Shown: positions 48,891-61,385 of the stretch, one piece after another | Numbering within the stretch: the first letter of the stretch is position 1 | How the letters are laid out: the number at the start of each line of letters is the position of its first letter | NCBI GenBank assembly: GCA_030390025.1 | Contig: JASTWF010000344.1 | Coordinates: forward strand, 372,001 to 436,000 | Origin: Squalus acanthias | Lineage: Eukaryota | Reading direction: 5' to 3' | DNA: 64,000 nt | Notes under the pieces: generated by a model | The model's database searches: none | Told to the model about the DNA's origin: nothing | Seen by the model: only the letters and a program-made list of their open reading frames with translations | Translations under genes and position numbers: made by a program

Positions 48891-49768
48891 AAGCTCTTCC
48901 AATCATCAGGCTTACTACTATTCTTCACAACATTATAAGCCTCTTTTTTTAATCTAATACTATCCTTAACTTCTTTATTTAGCCATGGTTGAATCACTTT
49001 TCCCGTGGATTTTTTATTTCTAAATGGAATGTATATTCGTTGAGAATATTAGAATATTTCTTTAAATGTTTTCCACTGCTTATCTACCGTCAAACCTTTT
49101 AATCTAGTTTCCCAAACTACCTTAGCCAATTCGCTCCTCATACTTACATAATTGGCTTTATTTAAGTTTAAGACTCCAGTTTCGGATTTAAGAATGTCAC
49201 TCTCAAACTTAATGTGAAATTCTATCATATTATGATCACTCTTCCCTGGAGGATCCTTTACTATGAGATTACTAGTTACCCCTGTCTCATTACACAAAAC
49301 TAGATCTAAAATAGCCTGTTCCCTGGTTGGTTTCATGACATATTGTTCTAGGAAACTGTCTCGAATGCATTCTATGAACTTGTCCTCCAGACTACCCTTG
49401 CCAAATTGATTTGCCCAATCTATAGGAAGATTAAAGTCCCCCATGATTATTGCATTACCTTTGTTACAAGCTCCTAGCATTTCTCGATTAATACTCTGTC
49501 CTACAGCATAGTTACTGTTAGGGGGCCTATAAACTACTCCCACCACAGTTTTCTGCCCCATGTTATTTCTCATCTCCACCCATACTGATTCTACTTCCTG
49601 ATCTTCCGAGCCAAGATCCTTTCTCGCTACTGTCCTAAAGTCATCCTTAATTATCAGGGCTTTCCCCTGTTCTAACCTGCCTGTCTTTTTGAAACATCAA
49701 GTACCTTGGAATATTTAATTCCCAACCCTGGTCACCTTGCAACCATGTCTCTGTAATGGCTATTATAT

Positions 49769-50000
49769 CAAAATTGAGAGGTCGCATAACACCAGGTTAT
49801 AGTCCAACAGTTTTATTTTAAATCACAAGCTTTCGGAGTTACAACTCCTTCGTCAGGTGAAGGAGTTCATCTTCACCTGACGAAGGAGTTGTAACTCCGA
49901 AAGCTTGTGATTTAAAATAAAACTGTTGGACTATAACCTGGTGTTGTGTGACCTCTCAATTTTGTCCACCCCAGTCCAACACCGGCATCGCCGCATCATG
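49769..50000 (+). mobile_element. Palindromic insertion copy E (196-bp inverted repeat, 8-nt spacer, hammerhead on both strands)
   Basis: Inverted repeat 49769-49964; stem II GGAGTT-GT-AACTCC; TSD CTATTATATCAAA at 49760-49772 and 50002-50014. Confidence 0.9.
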
Positions 50001-50410
50001 ACTATTATATCAAAGCCATTTATCTCTATTTGTGCCACTAATTCGTCTATCTTGTTACAGGTGCTTCGTACATTCAGATAAAGGGCCTTTAATTTTAACT
50101 TTTTACCAGTATTCCCTGCTTTGACCTTATTCGCTGATGCACTATTACCTTTAAACTCTCTGTCCCTTCCTTACCCACACTGCTTATTTTTATCCAGTTC
50201 ACTGCATTGCTCTATTTCCTTGACCTTTCTCTTTAGATTACTAAATTTCCCCTCACCTGCTCCCTCCCCCCACCTTTTTAGTTTAAAGCCCTATCTACAG
50301 GTGCCAGTGCCCCATGAATTGAAACCCCTTCTTCCCACACCAGAGTAAAACTCTTTAGGTAAAACTCTCTCTTTATCCCGACTCTTTACTGTGTTAGATG
50401 CAGAGATGCC

Positions 50411-53400
50411 GGGGGGTCACTGCTCCTCTGCCCTGTCCTGTGGGGCAGGGGTGTCACTGCTCCTCTGTCCTGCGGGCAGGGGGGGTTACTGCTCCTCTGC
50501 CCTGTCCTGTGGGGCAGGGGTGTCACTGCTCCTCTGTCCTGCGGGCAGGGGGGTTACTGCTCCTCTGCCCTGTCCTGCGGGCAGGGTTGGTCACTGCTCC
50601 TCTGTCCTGCGGGCAGGGGGGGGGGTTACTGCTCCTCTGCATTGTCCTGTGGGGCAGGTGGGTGTCACTGCTCCTCTGTCCTGCGGGCAGGGGGGTCACT
50701 GCTCCTCTGCCCTGTCTTGCGGGCAGGGGGGGTCACTGCTCTACAGTAAGAGCTTCTACAGGTATATAAAAAGGAAGAGAGTAGCTAAAGTAAACGTTGG
50801 TCCCCGAGAGGATGAGTCTGGGGAATTAATAATGGGAAACAGGGAAATGGCGGAGACTTTGAACAAATATTTTCTATTGGTCTTCACGGTAAAAGACGCT
50901 AAAAGCATCCCAATAATGGATAATCAAAGGGCTATTGGGGTGGGGGGGGGGGAACTTAAAACAATCACCATCACTAGAGAGAAAGTACTAGGCAAACTAA
51001 TGGGACTAAAGGTGGACAAGTCCCCTGGACCCAATGTCCTGCATCCTAGAGTCTTAAAAGAGGTGGCTGCAGAGATAGTGGATGCATTGGTTGTAATCTA
51101 CCAAAATTCCCTGGATTCTGGAGAGGTCCCAGCGGACTGGAAAACCACAAATGTAACGCCCCTATTTAAGAAAGGAGACAGAAACCAGGCAACTATAGAC
51201 CAGTTAGCCTAACATCTGTCATTGGGAAAATGCTGGAGTCCATCATTAAGGAAGTGATAGCAGGACATTTAGAAAATCATAATATAGTCAAGCAGAGTCA
51301 GCATGGTTTTATGAAAGGGAAATCATGTTTGACAAATTTGCTGGAGTTCTTTGAGGATGTAACGAGCAGGGTAGATAAAGGGGAACCAGTAGATGTCGTG
51401 TATTTGGATTTCCAGAAGGCATTCGATAAGGTGCCACATAAAAGGTTACTACACAAGATAAATGTTCACGGGTTGGGGGTAATATATTAGCATGGATAGA
51501 GGATTGGCTAACTAACAGAAAACAGAGAGTCGGGATAAATGGGTCATTTTCAGGTTGGCAAACTGTAACTAGTGGGGTGCCGCAGGGATCAGTGCTGGGG
51601 CCTCAACTATTTACAATCTTTATTAATGACTTGGATGAAGGGACTGAGTGTAATGTAGCCAAATCTGCTGATGATACAAAGATAGGTGGGAAAGCAAATT
51701 GTGTGGAGGACGCAAAGAATCTCCAAAGGGATATAGATAGGCTAAGTGAGTGGGCAACAATCTGGCAGATGGAGTTTAATGTGGGAAAATGCGAGGTTAT
51801 CCACTTCGGTAGGAAAAATAAAAAAGCAAATTATCTAAATGGGGAGAGATTACAAAATGCTGAGGTACAGAGGGATCTGGGGGTCCTTGTACATGAATCA
51901 CAAAAAGTTAGCATGCAGATACAGCAAGTAATTAGGAAGGCAAATGGAATGTTGGCCTTTATTGCAAAGGGAATGGAGTATAAAAGTAGGGAAGTCCTGT
52001 TACAACTGTACAGGGCGTTGGTGAGACCACACCTGGAGTACTGCATACAGTTTTGGTCTCCTTATTTAAGGATATACTTGCATTGGAGGCAGTTCAGAGA
52101 AGGTTCACGAGGTTGATTCCGGAGATGAAGAGGTTGTCTTATTAAGAAAGGTTGAGCAGGTTGGGCCTATACTCATTGGAGTTTAGAAGAATGAGAGGGG
52201 ATCTTATTGAAACATAAAAGATTCTGAAGGAGCTTGACAGGGTAGATAGAGAGAGGACGTTTCCCCCTTGTGGCGGAATCTAGAACTAGGCGACATAATT
52301 TCAGAATTAGGGGAAACCCTTTTAAATCGGAAATGAGGAGGAATTTCTTCTCAGAGGGTTGTGAATCTTTGGAATTCTCTTCCCCAGAGAGCAGTGGAGG
52401 CTGGGTCATTGAATATATTTAAGGTGGAGATAGACAGATTTTTGAACGATAAGGGAGTCAAGGGTTATGGGGAGCGGGCAGGGAAGTGGAGTTGAGGCCA
52501 AGATCAGATCAGCCATGATCTTATTGAATGGCAGAGCAGGCTCGAGGGGCCGAATGACCTACTCCTGCTCCTACGTCTTATGTTCTTATGTCCTCTGCCC
52601 TGTCCTGTGGGGCGGGTCACTGCTCCTCTGCCCTGTCCTGTGGGGCGGGGGGGGTCACTGCTCCTCTGCCCTGTCCTGTGGGGTGGGGAGGGGTCACTGC
52701 TCCTCTGCCCTGTCCTGTGGGTCAGGGGGGTCACTGCTCCTCTGCCCTGTCCTGTGGGGCAGGGGGGTCACTGCTCCTCTGCCCCGTCTTGCAGGCAGGG
52801 GGGGGTCACTGCTCCTCTGCCCTGTCCTGTGGGGCAGGGGGGGGTCACTGCTCCTCTGCCCTGTCCTGTGGGGCAGGGGGGTCACTGCTCCTCTGCCCCG
52901 TCTTGCAGGCAGGGGGGGTCACTGCTCCTCTGCCCTGTCCTGTGGGGCAGGGGGGGGGGGGGTCACTGCTCCTCTGCCCTGTCCTGTGGGGCAGGGGGGG
53001 TCACTGCTCCTCTGCCCTGTCTTGCAGGCAGGGGGGGGTCACTGCTCCTCTGCCCTGTCCTGTGGGGCAGGGGGGGGGGGGGTCACTGCTCCTCTGCCCT
53101 GTCCTGTGGGGCAGGGGGGGTCACTGCTCCTCTGCCCTGTCTTGCAGGCAGGGGGGGGGTCACTGCTCCTCTGCCCTGTCCTGTGGGGCAGGGGGGGGGT
53201 CACTGCTCCTCTGCCCTGTCCTGTGGGGCAGGGGGGGGGGTGTCACTGCTCCTCTGCACTGTCCTGTGGGGCAGGGGGGGAGGGTCACTGCTCCTCTGCC
53301 CTGTCCTGTGGGGCAGGAGGGGGGGGGTCACTGCTCCTCTGCCCTGTCCTGTGGGGCAGGAGGGGGGGGTCACTGCTCCTCTGCCCTGTCCTGTGGGGCA

Positions 53401-54400
53401 GGGGGGGGGGGGTCACTGCTCCTCTGCACTGTCCTGTGGGGCAGGGGGGGGGGGGGTCACTGCTCCTCTGCCCTGTCCTGTGGGGCAGGGGGGGGTCACT
53501 GCTCCTCTGCCCTGTCTTGCAGGCAGGGGGGGGTCACTGCTCCTCTGCCCTGTCCTGTGGGGCAGGGGGGGGGTCACTGCTCCTCTGCCCTGTCCTGTGG
53601 GGCAGGGGGGGGGGTGTCACTGCTCCTCTGCACTGTCCTGTGGGGCAGGGGGGGAGGGTCACTGCTCCTCTGCCCTGTCTTGCAGGCAGGGGGGGGGTCA
53701 CTGCTCCTCTGCCCTGTCCTGTGGGGCAGGGGGGGGGTCACTGCTCCTCTGCCCTGTCCTGTGGGGCAGGGGGGGGGTCACTGCTCCTCTGCCCTGTCCT
53801 GTGGGGCGGGGGGGGGGGGGGGGTCACTGCTCCTCTGCACTGTCCTGTGGGGCAGGGAGGGGGGGGGTCACTGCTCCTCTGCCCTGTCCTGTGGGGCAGG
53901 GGGGGGGGTCACTGCTCCTCTGCCCTGTCCTGTGGGGCAGGGGGGGTCACTGCTCCTCTGCCCTGTCCTGTGGGGCAGGGGGGTCACTGCTCCTCTGCCC
54001 TGTCCTGTGGGGCAGGGGGGGGGTTACTGCTCCTCTGCCCTGTCCTGTGGGGCAGGGGGGGGTCACTGCTCCTCTGCCCTGTCTTGCAGGCAGGGGGGGG
54101 GGTCACTGCTCCTCTGCCCTGTCTTGCAGGCAGGGGGGGGGTCACTGCTCCTCTGCCCTGTCCTGTGGGGCAGGGGGGGGGGGGGTGGTCACTGCTCCTT
54201 TGCCCTGTCCTGTGGGGCAGGGGGGTCACTGCTCCTCTGCCCTGTCCTGTGGGGCAGGGGGGTCACTGCTCCTCTGCCCTGTCCTGTGGGGCAGGGGGGG
54301 TCACTGCTCCTCTGCCCTGTCCTGTGGGGCAGGGGGGGTCACTGCTCCTCTGCCCTGTCCTGTGGGGCAGGGGGGTCACTGCTCCTCTGCCCTGTCCTGC
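50411..54400. repeat. GC-rich minisatellite GTCACTGCTCCTCTGCCCTGTCCTGTGGGGCA(G)n (50411-50742 and 52590-54400), split by a CR1
   Basis: Same unit on both sides of the CR1. Confidence 0.95.
50743..52589 (+). mobile_element. 5'-truncated CR1 inserted in the minisatellite
   Basis: ORFs 50391 (second half), 51230, 51577; TCTTATGT tail at about 52576-52589. Confidence 0.9.
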
Positions 54401-54414
54401 GTGCGGTGTCACCG

Positions 54415-55996
54415 CTATCTCTGCGCCGAGAGCTGTGGGAGAATGAGAGGAGCACAGGCGATTCCTGCGAATGATTCGGGGTAATGCAGGTCCCTCTCCC
54501 ACTCATCGGTCCCAATGTTATAAACCTGCACGATACTGGTCACGTTGTTCAGGTGCCAGTTATAACCTCCCACCACATAAATCTTTCTCTGTAACACACA
54601 GCAGCCAGCCTCGGACTGGCCGGTCCTCATTGGACTGACGCTGGTCCATTGGTCAGTCTCAGGGATGTAATATTCAACGGCCAGGACATCGAAGCAGTGG
54701 TCAACATGGTCCATACGGCCACCCAGTGCGTAAATCCTCCCATTCGCCCCAACCATCGAGTGAAGGACCCGTGGCTCATTCATCGGAGTTTTGAATTCCC
54801 ACAGGTCGGTTTCGGGACTGTAGCAGTGAAGAGATTTCTTATCTTCGATGGTGATGCCGTAGCCTCCAGAGATGTAGAGCTTGCCCCCGCTGGATGTGCC
54901 CGCATGTCCCCAGGTCCGGCGTTTCAGGCAGCACACGTTCGTCCATTCATTCCTTCGCGGCGAGTAACGCTCGACTGTGGAGAGGCTCCCAGACCGATTG
55001 CGGCCTCCGGTGGCGAACAGCATCCCCTGCAGCACGTCCAACTGGAACTGAATGCGAGCCTCCTGCATGGCCCGAATCCGCAGCCAGTGATTGAGGTGGG
55101 GGTCGTAACGGAAACACCAGCTGACTGCCCCTTCGCCGCTCCTGTACTGCAGGTGCTGACCACCCACCACATACACAAAGTTGTCCAAGACAGCGACGCA
55201 GGCGTGACTGCACCCGACCTCCATCTCCGTCCTTTCTGTGAACTGGCGCACATTCCCGTCTGCAAGGACAAAGACTTTGCGGCTGACTGTCCGGTCATTG
55301 TCGGTGTACGGTGTGCCACCAAAGGCGACAAGGGACAGGGTGTCTGAGCGGATTGTGGTGCGGGCAGACTGCATCTCGTGCTGTCGGAACGGCAGGATCT
55401 GGTAGTTGAAGGCTTCCAGCAGGTAGTGACGACACATGGCATCCTCCACCATCACGGCCTGCGTCTGGACACTGTCCACCAGCTCAGTGGATTTCATCAG
55501 GGGGAAGCGGATGTGGCAGAGGACCAGGCTGGCACTAGCTCGTCGAGTCTCGTCATGCTGCAACCATCGGATGGCAGCGCGGAACAGGTCGACCTCGCTG
55601 CAGTTCTTAAGCTTGTTGCTTTTCAGGAAGAAGACGAGTCGCTCGAGGGGAAGGTGCAGGAAATCGTCCTCCTCCGCGATTTGCAGGAAATGAGCAAAGG
55701 TGAAGACGTCCACCGACTCTTTCAGAGAGGAGAGGCTGAAGGTGGCGGCCATCTGCCCGATGTTGAGGCAGGTCTCCACGCTCATGGCCGACTTCAGAAA
55801 CTGCTCACACAATTCTACCACAGGCACGATCTGCAGGAAGACGGCAGCTCCCAGCACGTCCTGGACACAGTCGAGGTCCAGCGTCACCTCGGCACTGTAC
55901 GCAAAATCAATGATGTGTTTCAGGCCCTTGGCAGACACCCCCTTCAACTCAATGACATCCTGGCCTGCTTCCCGCATTCCCCCGGTGAACATTGCC
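54415..55996 (-). CDS. KLHL26: KLHL26 (kelch-like 26) final coding exon: BTB C-terminal part, BACK domain and kelch repeats
   Basis: AMFTGGMREA...GGQHLQYRSGEGAV...GGYNWHLNNVTSIVQVYN...WERDLHYPESFAGIACAP; polypyrimidine tract + TAG acceptor at 55999-55997 (phase 2); TAG stop; sits upstream of CRTC1 as in human. Confidence 0.93.
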
Positions 55997-56041
55997 CTAG
56001 AAAGAAAGAAATACATCCAAAAATCAACCAAACACACGCAG

Positions 56042-56193
56042 CAGATAGATGATCTGGTCATTATCGCATTACTCAATGTGGGATCCTGATGTGCGCATAT
56101 TGGCTGCCGCGTTTCCTCCATTACAACAATAATTCACTTTAACACGCTTTGGGACGTCCTGAGGTTGTGAAAGACAATATAGAAATGCAAGCT
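56042..56193 (+). mobile_element. DeuSINE-like 3' remnant
   Basis: Similar to the reverse complement of 39750-39850 (ATCTGGTCATTATC...GTGGGA...ATTGGCTG). Confidence 0.55.
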
Positions 56194-56194
56194 C

Positions 56195-57520
56195 ATAGAA
56201 TAGAATCATAGAATCTTACAGCACAGAAGCAGGCCATTCAGCCCATTGTGCCTGTGCTGGCTCTGTGAAAGAGCGATCCAATTAGTCCCACGACCCGTTT
56301 TTTCCCCATAATCCTGCAAATTAGTCCTCTTCAAGTACATGTCCAATTGCCTTTTGAAAGTTCCTATGGAATCTGCTTCCACCAGCCTTTCCGATCTTAC
56401 AACCCTCTGTGTGAAGACATTTCTCATTTCTACTCTAGTTCTTTGCCAATTATTTTAAATCTGACCTCTGGTTATCGACCCACTTGCCAGAGGAAACAGT
56501 TTCTCCCTGCTCGCTCTATCAAAACCCCTCATCATTTTGAACACCTCTATTAGGTGTCCCCTTTACTTTCACTGCTCTGAAGAGAACAACCCCAGCTTCT
56601 CCAATCTCCCCACATAACTGAACTCCTTAATCCCTGGTATCATTCTGGTTAACCTCCTCTGCACCCTCTCCAGGGCCTTGACATCCTTCCTAAAGTGCGG
56701 TGCCCAGAATTGGACACAATACTCCAGCTGAGGCCTAACCAGTGATTTGTAAATGTTTAGCATGATTTCCATGTTTTGTATTCAATGTCGCTATTTACAA
56801 AGGCAAGTATCCCTTACGCTTTCTTAACCGCCTTATCAACTTGCCCTGCCACCTTCAAGGATTTGTGAATCTGCACCCCCAGGTCCCTCTGCTCTTGCAC
56901 CCCCCTCAAAATAGTCCCATTTAGATTATACTGCCTCTCCATGTTGTTCCTCCCAAAGGGCATCACTTCACATTAAATTGCATCTGCCCATTTCACCAGT
57001 CTGTCCATATCCTCCTGAAGTCTGCTACTATCCTGCTCACTATTTACTACATTGCCAAGTTTTGTATCATCTGCAAACTTCAAAATTGTACTCCTCATAC
57101 CCAAGTCCAAGTCATTTATATATAAGAAAAGCAATGGTCCTAATACCAACCCCTGGGGACCCCACTGCATACTTCACTCCAGTCAGAAAAACATCTGTTC
57201 ACCGCTACTCTCTGCCTGCTATCCCTTAGCCAATTATGTATCCAAGTTACCACCGTCCCTTTAATACCATGTGCTTCTATTTCCAAATAAGTCTGTTATG
57301 TGGTACTTTATCAAATATCTTTTGAAAGTCCATATACACAACATCAACTGCACTACCCTCATCAACCCTCTCTGTTACTTCATCAAAGAACTCAATCAGG
57401 TTAGTCAGACACGATTTGCCTTTAACAAATCCGTGCTGGCTGTCCCTTATTAACCCATGCTTCTCCAAGTGAGAATTCATTTTGTGCTCGACAATGGTCT
57501 CTAGTTTTCCCACCACGGCG
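56195..57520 (-). mobile_element. 5'-truncated CR1 in a KLHL26 intron
   Basis: ORFs 57277, 56973 (FADD), 56569, 56206; ATTCTATG-type tail. Confidence 0.9.
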
Positions 57521-58055
57521 TTAGATCTTGCTTTCTATTCTTTTTAATGCCCCTACCCGCCACCCATCATTCCTGATTTGAATTCTTCTCCCACTTTCCC
57601 ACTGCCCCAGGGCAGCACGGACGGTCAATGCCCATCACTGGCCGCGAGGAGAAGCTGAAGCAGTGTCTCCTGTGGTCTCGATTTACAGGTGTTATGCACA
57701 CGCTGCGATACTAATACTAAACTCTCACTGTACATGCTGCCTACACTAATCACCTCCAGCATTCCCTCCCTCGACTCTCTCACTGTCGAACCGGACCTGC
57801 GATTCCTCTCTGCTTTGTTCCCTTCCTAAAACAATAAAAATCACAACTTAATCTTACTCTTCCAAACAAACTGTTACCAGAAATCCACTTGTTTTTCAGA
57901 ACTCAGTCACCCCTTTTACTGCAGAAAGTTGATTGCCTGTCAAAATATTAAATAAAGAGACTACGCCATAATAAAAAATAAACACACCGATTTCTCTCCT
58001 GCTCCTTAACACGAATGGTCAGATATCCCTGCTGTAGGAATGAGACTGACTCTGC

Positions 58056-61000
58056 TCAGTGACGGAGATCAGACATGGGCTCGACGGTCAGTGAGATCAG
58101 ACACGGGCTCGATGGTCAGTGAGATCAGACACGGGCTCGATGGTCAGTGAGATCAGACATGGGCTCGATGGTCAGTGAGATCAGACATGGGCTCGATGGT
58201 CAGTGAGATCAGACACGGGCTCGACGGTCAGAGATCAGACACGGGCTCGACGGTCAGAGAGATCAGACATGGGCTCGATGGTCAGTGAGATCAGACACGG
58301 GCTCGATGGTCAGTGACGGAGATCAGACACGGGCTCGATGGTCAGTGAGATCAGACACGGGCTCGATGGTCAGTGAGATCAGACACGGGCTCGATGGTCA
58401 GTGAGATCAGACACGGGCTCGATGGTCAGTGAGATCAGACACGGGCTCGATGGTCAGTGAGATCAGACACGGGCTCGATGGTCAGTGAGATCAGACACGG
58501 GCTCGATGGTCAGTGACGGAGATCAGACACGGGCTCGATGGTCAGTGAGATCAGACACGGGCTCGATGGTCAGTGAGATCAGACACGGGCTCGATGGTCA
58601 GTGAGATCAGACACGAGCTCGATGGTCAGTGAGATCAGACACGAGCTCGATGGTCAGTGAGATCAGACACGGGCTCGATGGTCAGTGAGACCAGACACGG
58701 GCTCGATGGTCAGTGAGACCAGACACGGGCTCGACGGTCAGTGAGATCAGACACGGGCTCGATGGTCAGTGACGGAGATCAGACACGGGCTCGATGGTCA
58801 GTGACGGAGATCAGACACGGGCTCGATGGTCAGTGAGATCAGACACGGGCTCGATGGTCAGTGAGATCAGACACGGGCTCGATGGTCAGTGACGGAGATC
58901 AGACACGGGCTCGATGGTCAGTGAGACTAGACACGGGCTCGATGGTCAGTGACGGAGATCAGACACGGGCTCGATGGTCAGTGAGATCAGACACGAGCTC
59001 GATGGTCAGTGAGATCAGACACGGGCTCGATGGTCAGTGAGACCAGACACGGGCTCGATGGTCAGTGACGGAGATCAGACACGAGCTCGATGGTCAGTGA
59101 CGGAGATCAGACACGGGCTCGATGGTCAGTGACGGAGATCAGACTCGATGGTCAGTGACGGAGATCAGACACGAGCTCGATGGTCAGTGAGATCAGACAC
59201 GAGCTCGATGGTCAGTGACGGAGATCAGACACGGGCTCGATGGTCAGTGACGGAGATCAGACACGGGCTCGATGGTCAGTGAGATCAGACACGGGCTCGA
59301 TGGTCAGTGAGATCAGACACGGGCTCGATGGTCAGTGAGACCAGACACGGGCTCGATGGTCAGTGAGATCAGACACGAGCTCGATGGTCAGTGAGATCAG
59401 ACACGAGCTCGATGGTCAGTGAGATCAGACACGAGCTCGATGGTCAGTGACGGAGATCAGACACGGGTTCGATGGTCAGTGACGGAGATCAGACACGGGC
59501 TCGATGGTCAGTGAGATCAGACACGGGCTCGATGGTCAGTGAGATCAGACACGGGCTCGATGGTCAGTGAGATCAGACACGGGCTCGATGGTCAGTGAGA
59601 TCAGACACGGGCTCGATGGTCAGTGACGGAGATCAGACACGGGCTCGATGGTCAGTGAGATCAGACACGGGCTCGATGGTCAGTGAGATCAGACACGGGC
59701 TCGATGGTCAGTGACGGAGATCAGACACGGGCTCGATGGTCAGTGAGATCAGACACGGGCTCGATGGTCAGTGAGATCAGACACGGGCTCGATGGTCAGT
59801 GAGATCAGACACGGGCTCGATGGTCAGTGAGATCAGACACGGGCTCGATGGTCAGTGAGATCAGACACGGGCTCGATGGTCAGTGAGATCAGACACGAGC
59901 TCGATGGTCAGTGACGGAGATCAGACACGGGCTCGATGGTCAGTGACGGAGATCAGACACGGGCTCGATGGTCAGTGACGGAGATCAGACACGGGCTCGA
60001 TGGTCAGTGAGATCAGACACGGGCTCGATGGTCAGTGAGACCAGACACGGGCTCGATGGTCAGTGAGACCAGACACGGGCTCGACGGTCAGTGAGATCAG
60101 ACACGGGCTCGACGGTCAGTGACGGAGATCAGACACGGGCTCGATGGTCAGTGAGATCAGACACGGGCTCGATGGTCAGTGAGACCAGACACGGGCTCGA
60201 TGGTCAGTGACGGAGATCAGACACGGGCTCGATGGTCAGTGAGATCAGACACTGGTTTGATGGTCAGTGAGATCAGACACGGGCTCGATGGTCAGTGACG
60301 GAGATCAGACACGGGCTCGACGGTCAGTGAGATCAGACACGGGCTCGACGGTCAGTGAGATCAGACACGGGCTCGACGGTCAGTGAGATCAGACACGGGC
60401 TCGACGGTCAGTGAGATCAGACACGGGCTCGACGGTCAGTGAGATCAGACACGGGCTCGACGGTCAGTGAGATCAGACACGGGCTCGACGGTCAGTGAGA
60501 TCAGACACGGGCTCGACGGTCAGTGAGATCAGACACGGGCTCGACGGTCAGTGAGATCAGACACGGGCTCGACGGTCAGTGAGATCAGACACGGGCTCGA
60601 CGGTCAGTGAGATCAGACACGGGCTCGACGGTCAGTGAGATCAGACACGGGCTCGACGGTCAGTGAGATCAGACACGGGCTCGATGGTCAGTGAGATCAG
60701 ACACGGGCTCGATGGTCAGTGAGATCAGACACGGGCTCGATGGTCAGTGAGATCAGACACGGGCTCGACGGTCAGTGAGATCAGACACGGGCTCGACGGT
60801 CAGTGAGATCAGACACGGGCTCGATGGTCAGTGAGATCAGACACGGCTCGATGGTCAGTGAGATCAGACACGGGCTCGATGGTCAGTGAGATCAGACACG
60901 GGCTCGATGGTCAGTGAGATCAGACACGGGCTCGATGGTCAGTGAGATCAGACACGGGCTCGATGGTCAGTGAGATCAGACACGGGCTCGATGGTCAGTG

Positions 61001-61385
61001 AGATCAGACACGAGCTCGATGGTCAGTGAGATCAGACACGGGCTCGATGGTCAGTGAGATCAGACACGGGCTCGATGGTCAGTGACGGAGATCAGACATG
61101 GGCTCGATGGTCAGTGACGGAGATCAGACACGGGCTCGATGGTCAGTGACGGAGATCAGACACGGGCTCGATGGTCAGTGACGGAGATCAGACACGGGCT
61201 CGATGGTCAGTGAGATCAGACACGGGCTCGATGGTCAGTGACGGAGATCAGATACGGGCTCGATGGTCAGTGACGGAGATCAGACACGGGCTCGATGGTC
61301 AGTGACGGAGATCAGACACGGGCTCGATGGTCAGTGACGGAGATCAGACACGAGCTCGATGGTCAGTGACGGAGATCAGACACGG
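58056..61385. repeat. 28/32-bp minisatellite GAGATCAGACACGGGCTCGATGGTCAGT(GACG), about 3.3 kb
   Basis: Direct tandem periodicity. Confidence 0.97.

Larger units (their letters stand above)
43891..50300 (-). mobile_element. Older CR1 ORF2 (43891-45746 and 48890-50300) split by a young CR1
   Basis: Colinear ORFs 49049-49579, 45592, 45265, 44850, 44339, 43953; tail at 43891. Confidence 0.85.

Noticed and set aside
52467..54484. Three overlapping ORFs of more than 600 aa on the plus strand
   Set aside because: The repeat unit has no stop codon in any plus frame; the peptides are frame-shifted versions of one another.
54649..56089. Antisense and alternative-frame ORFs over the KLHL26 exon
   Set aside because: Expected shadow ORFs of a GC-rich coding exon, with no recognisable domains.
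55997..56121. N-terminal extension of the KLHL26 ORF (MEETRQP...)
   Set aside because: Intronic read-through: a polypyrimidine tract and AG acceptor precede AMFTGG, and the extension overlaps a SINE remnant. Upstream KLHL26 exons were not found in the window.
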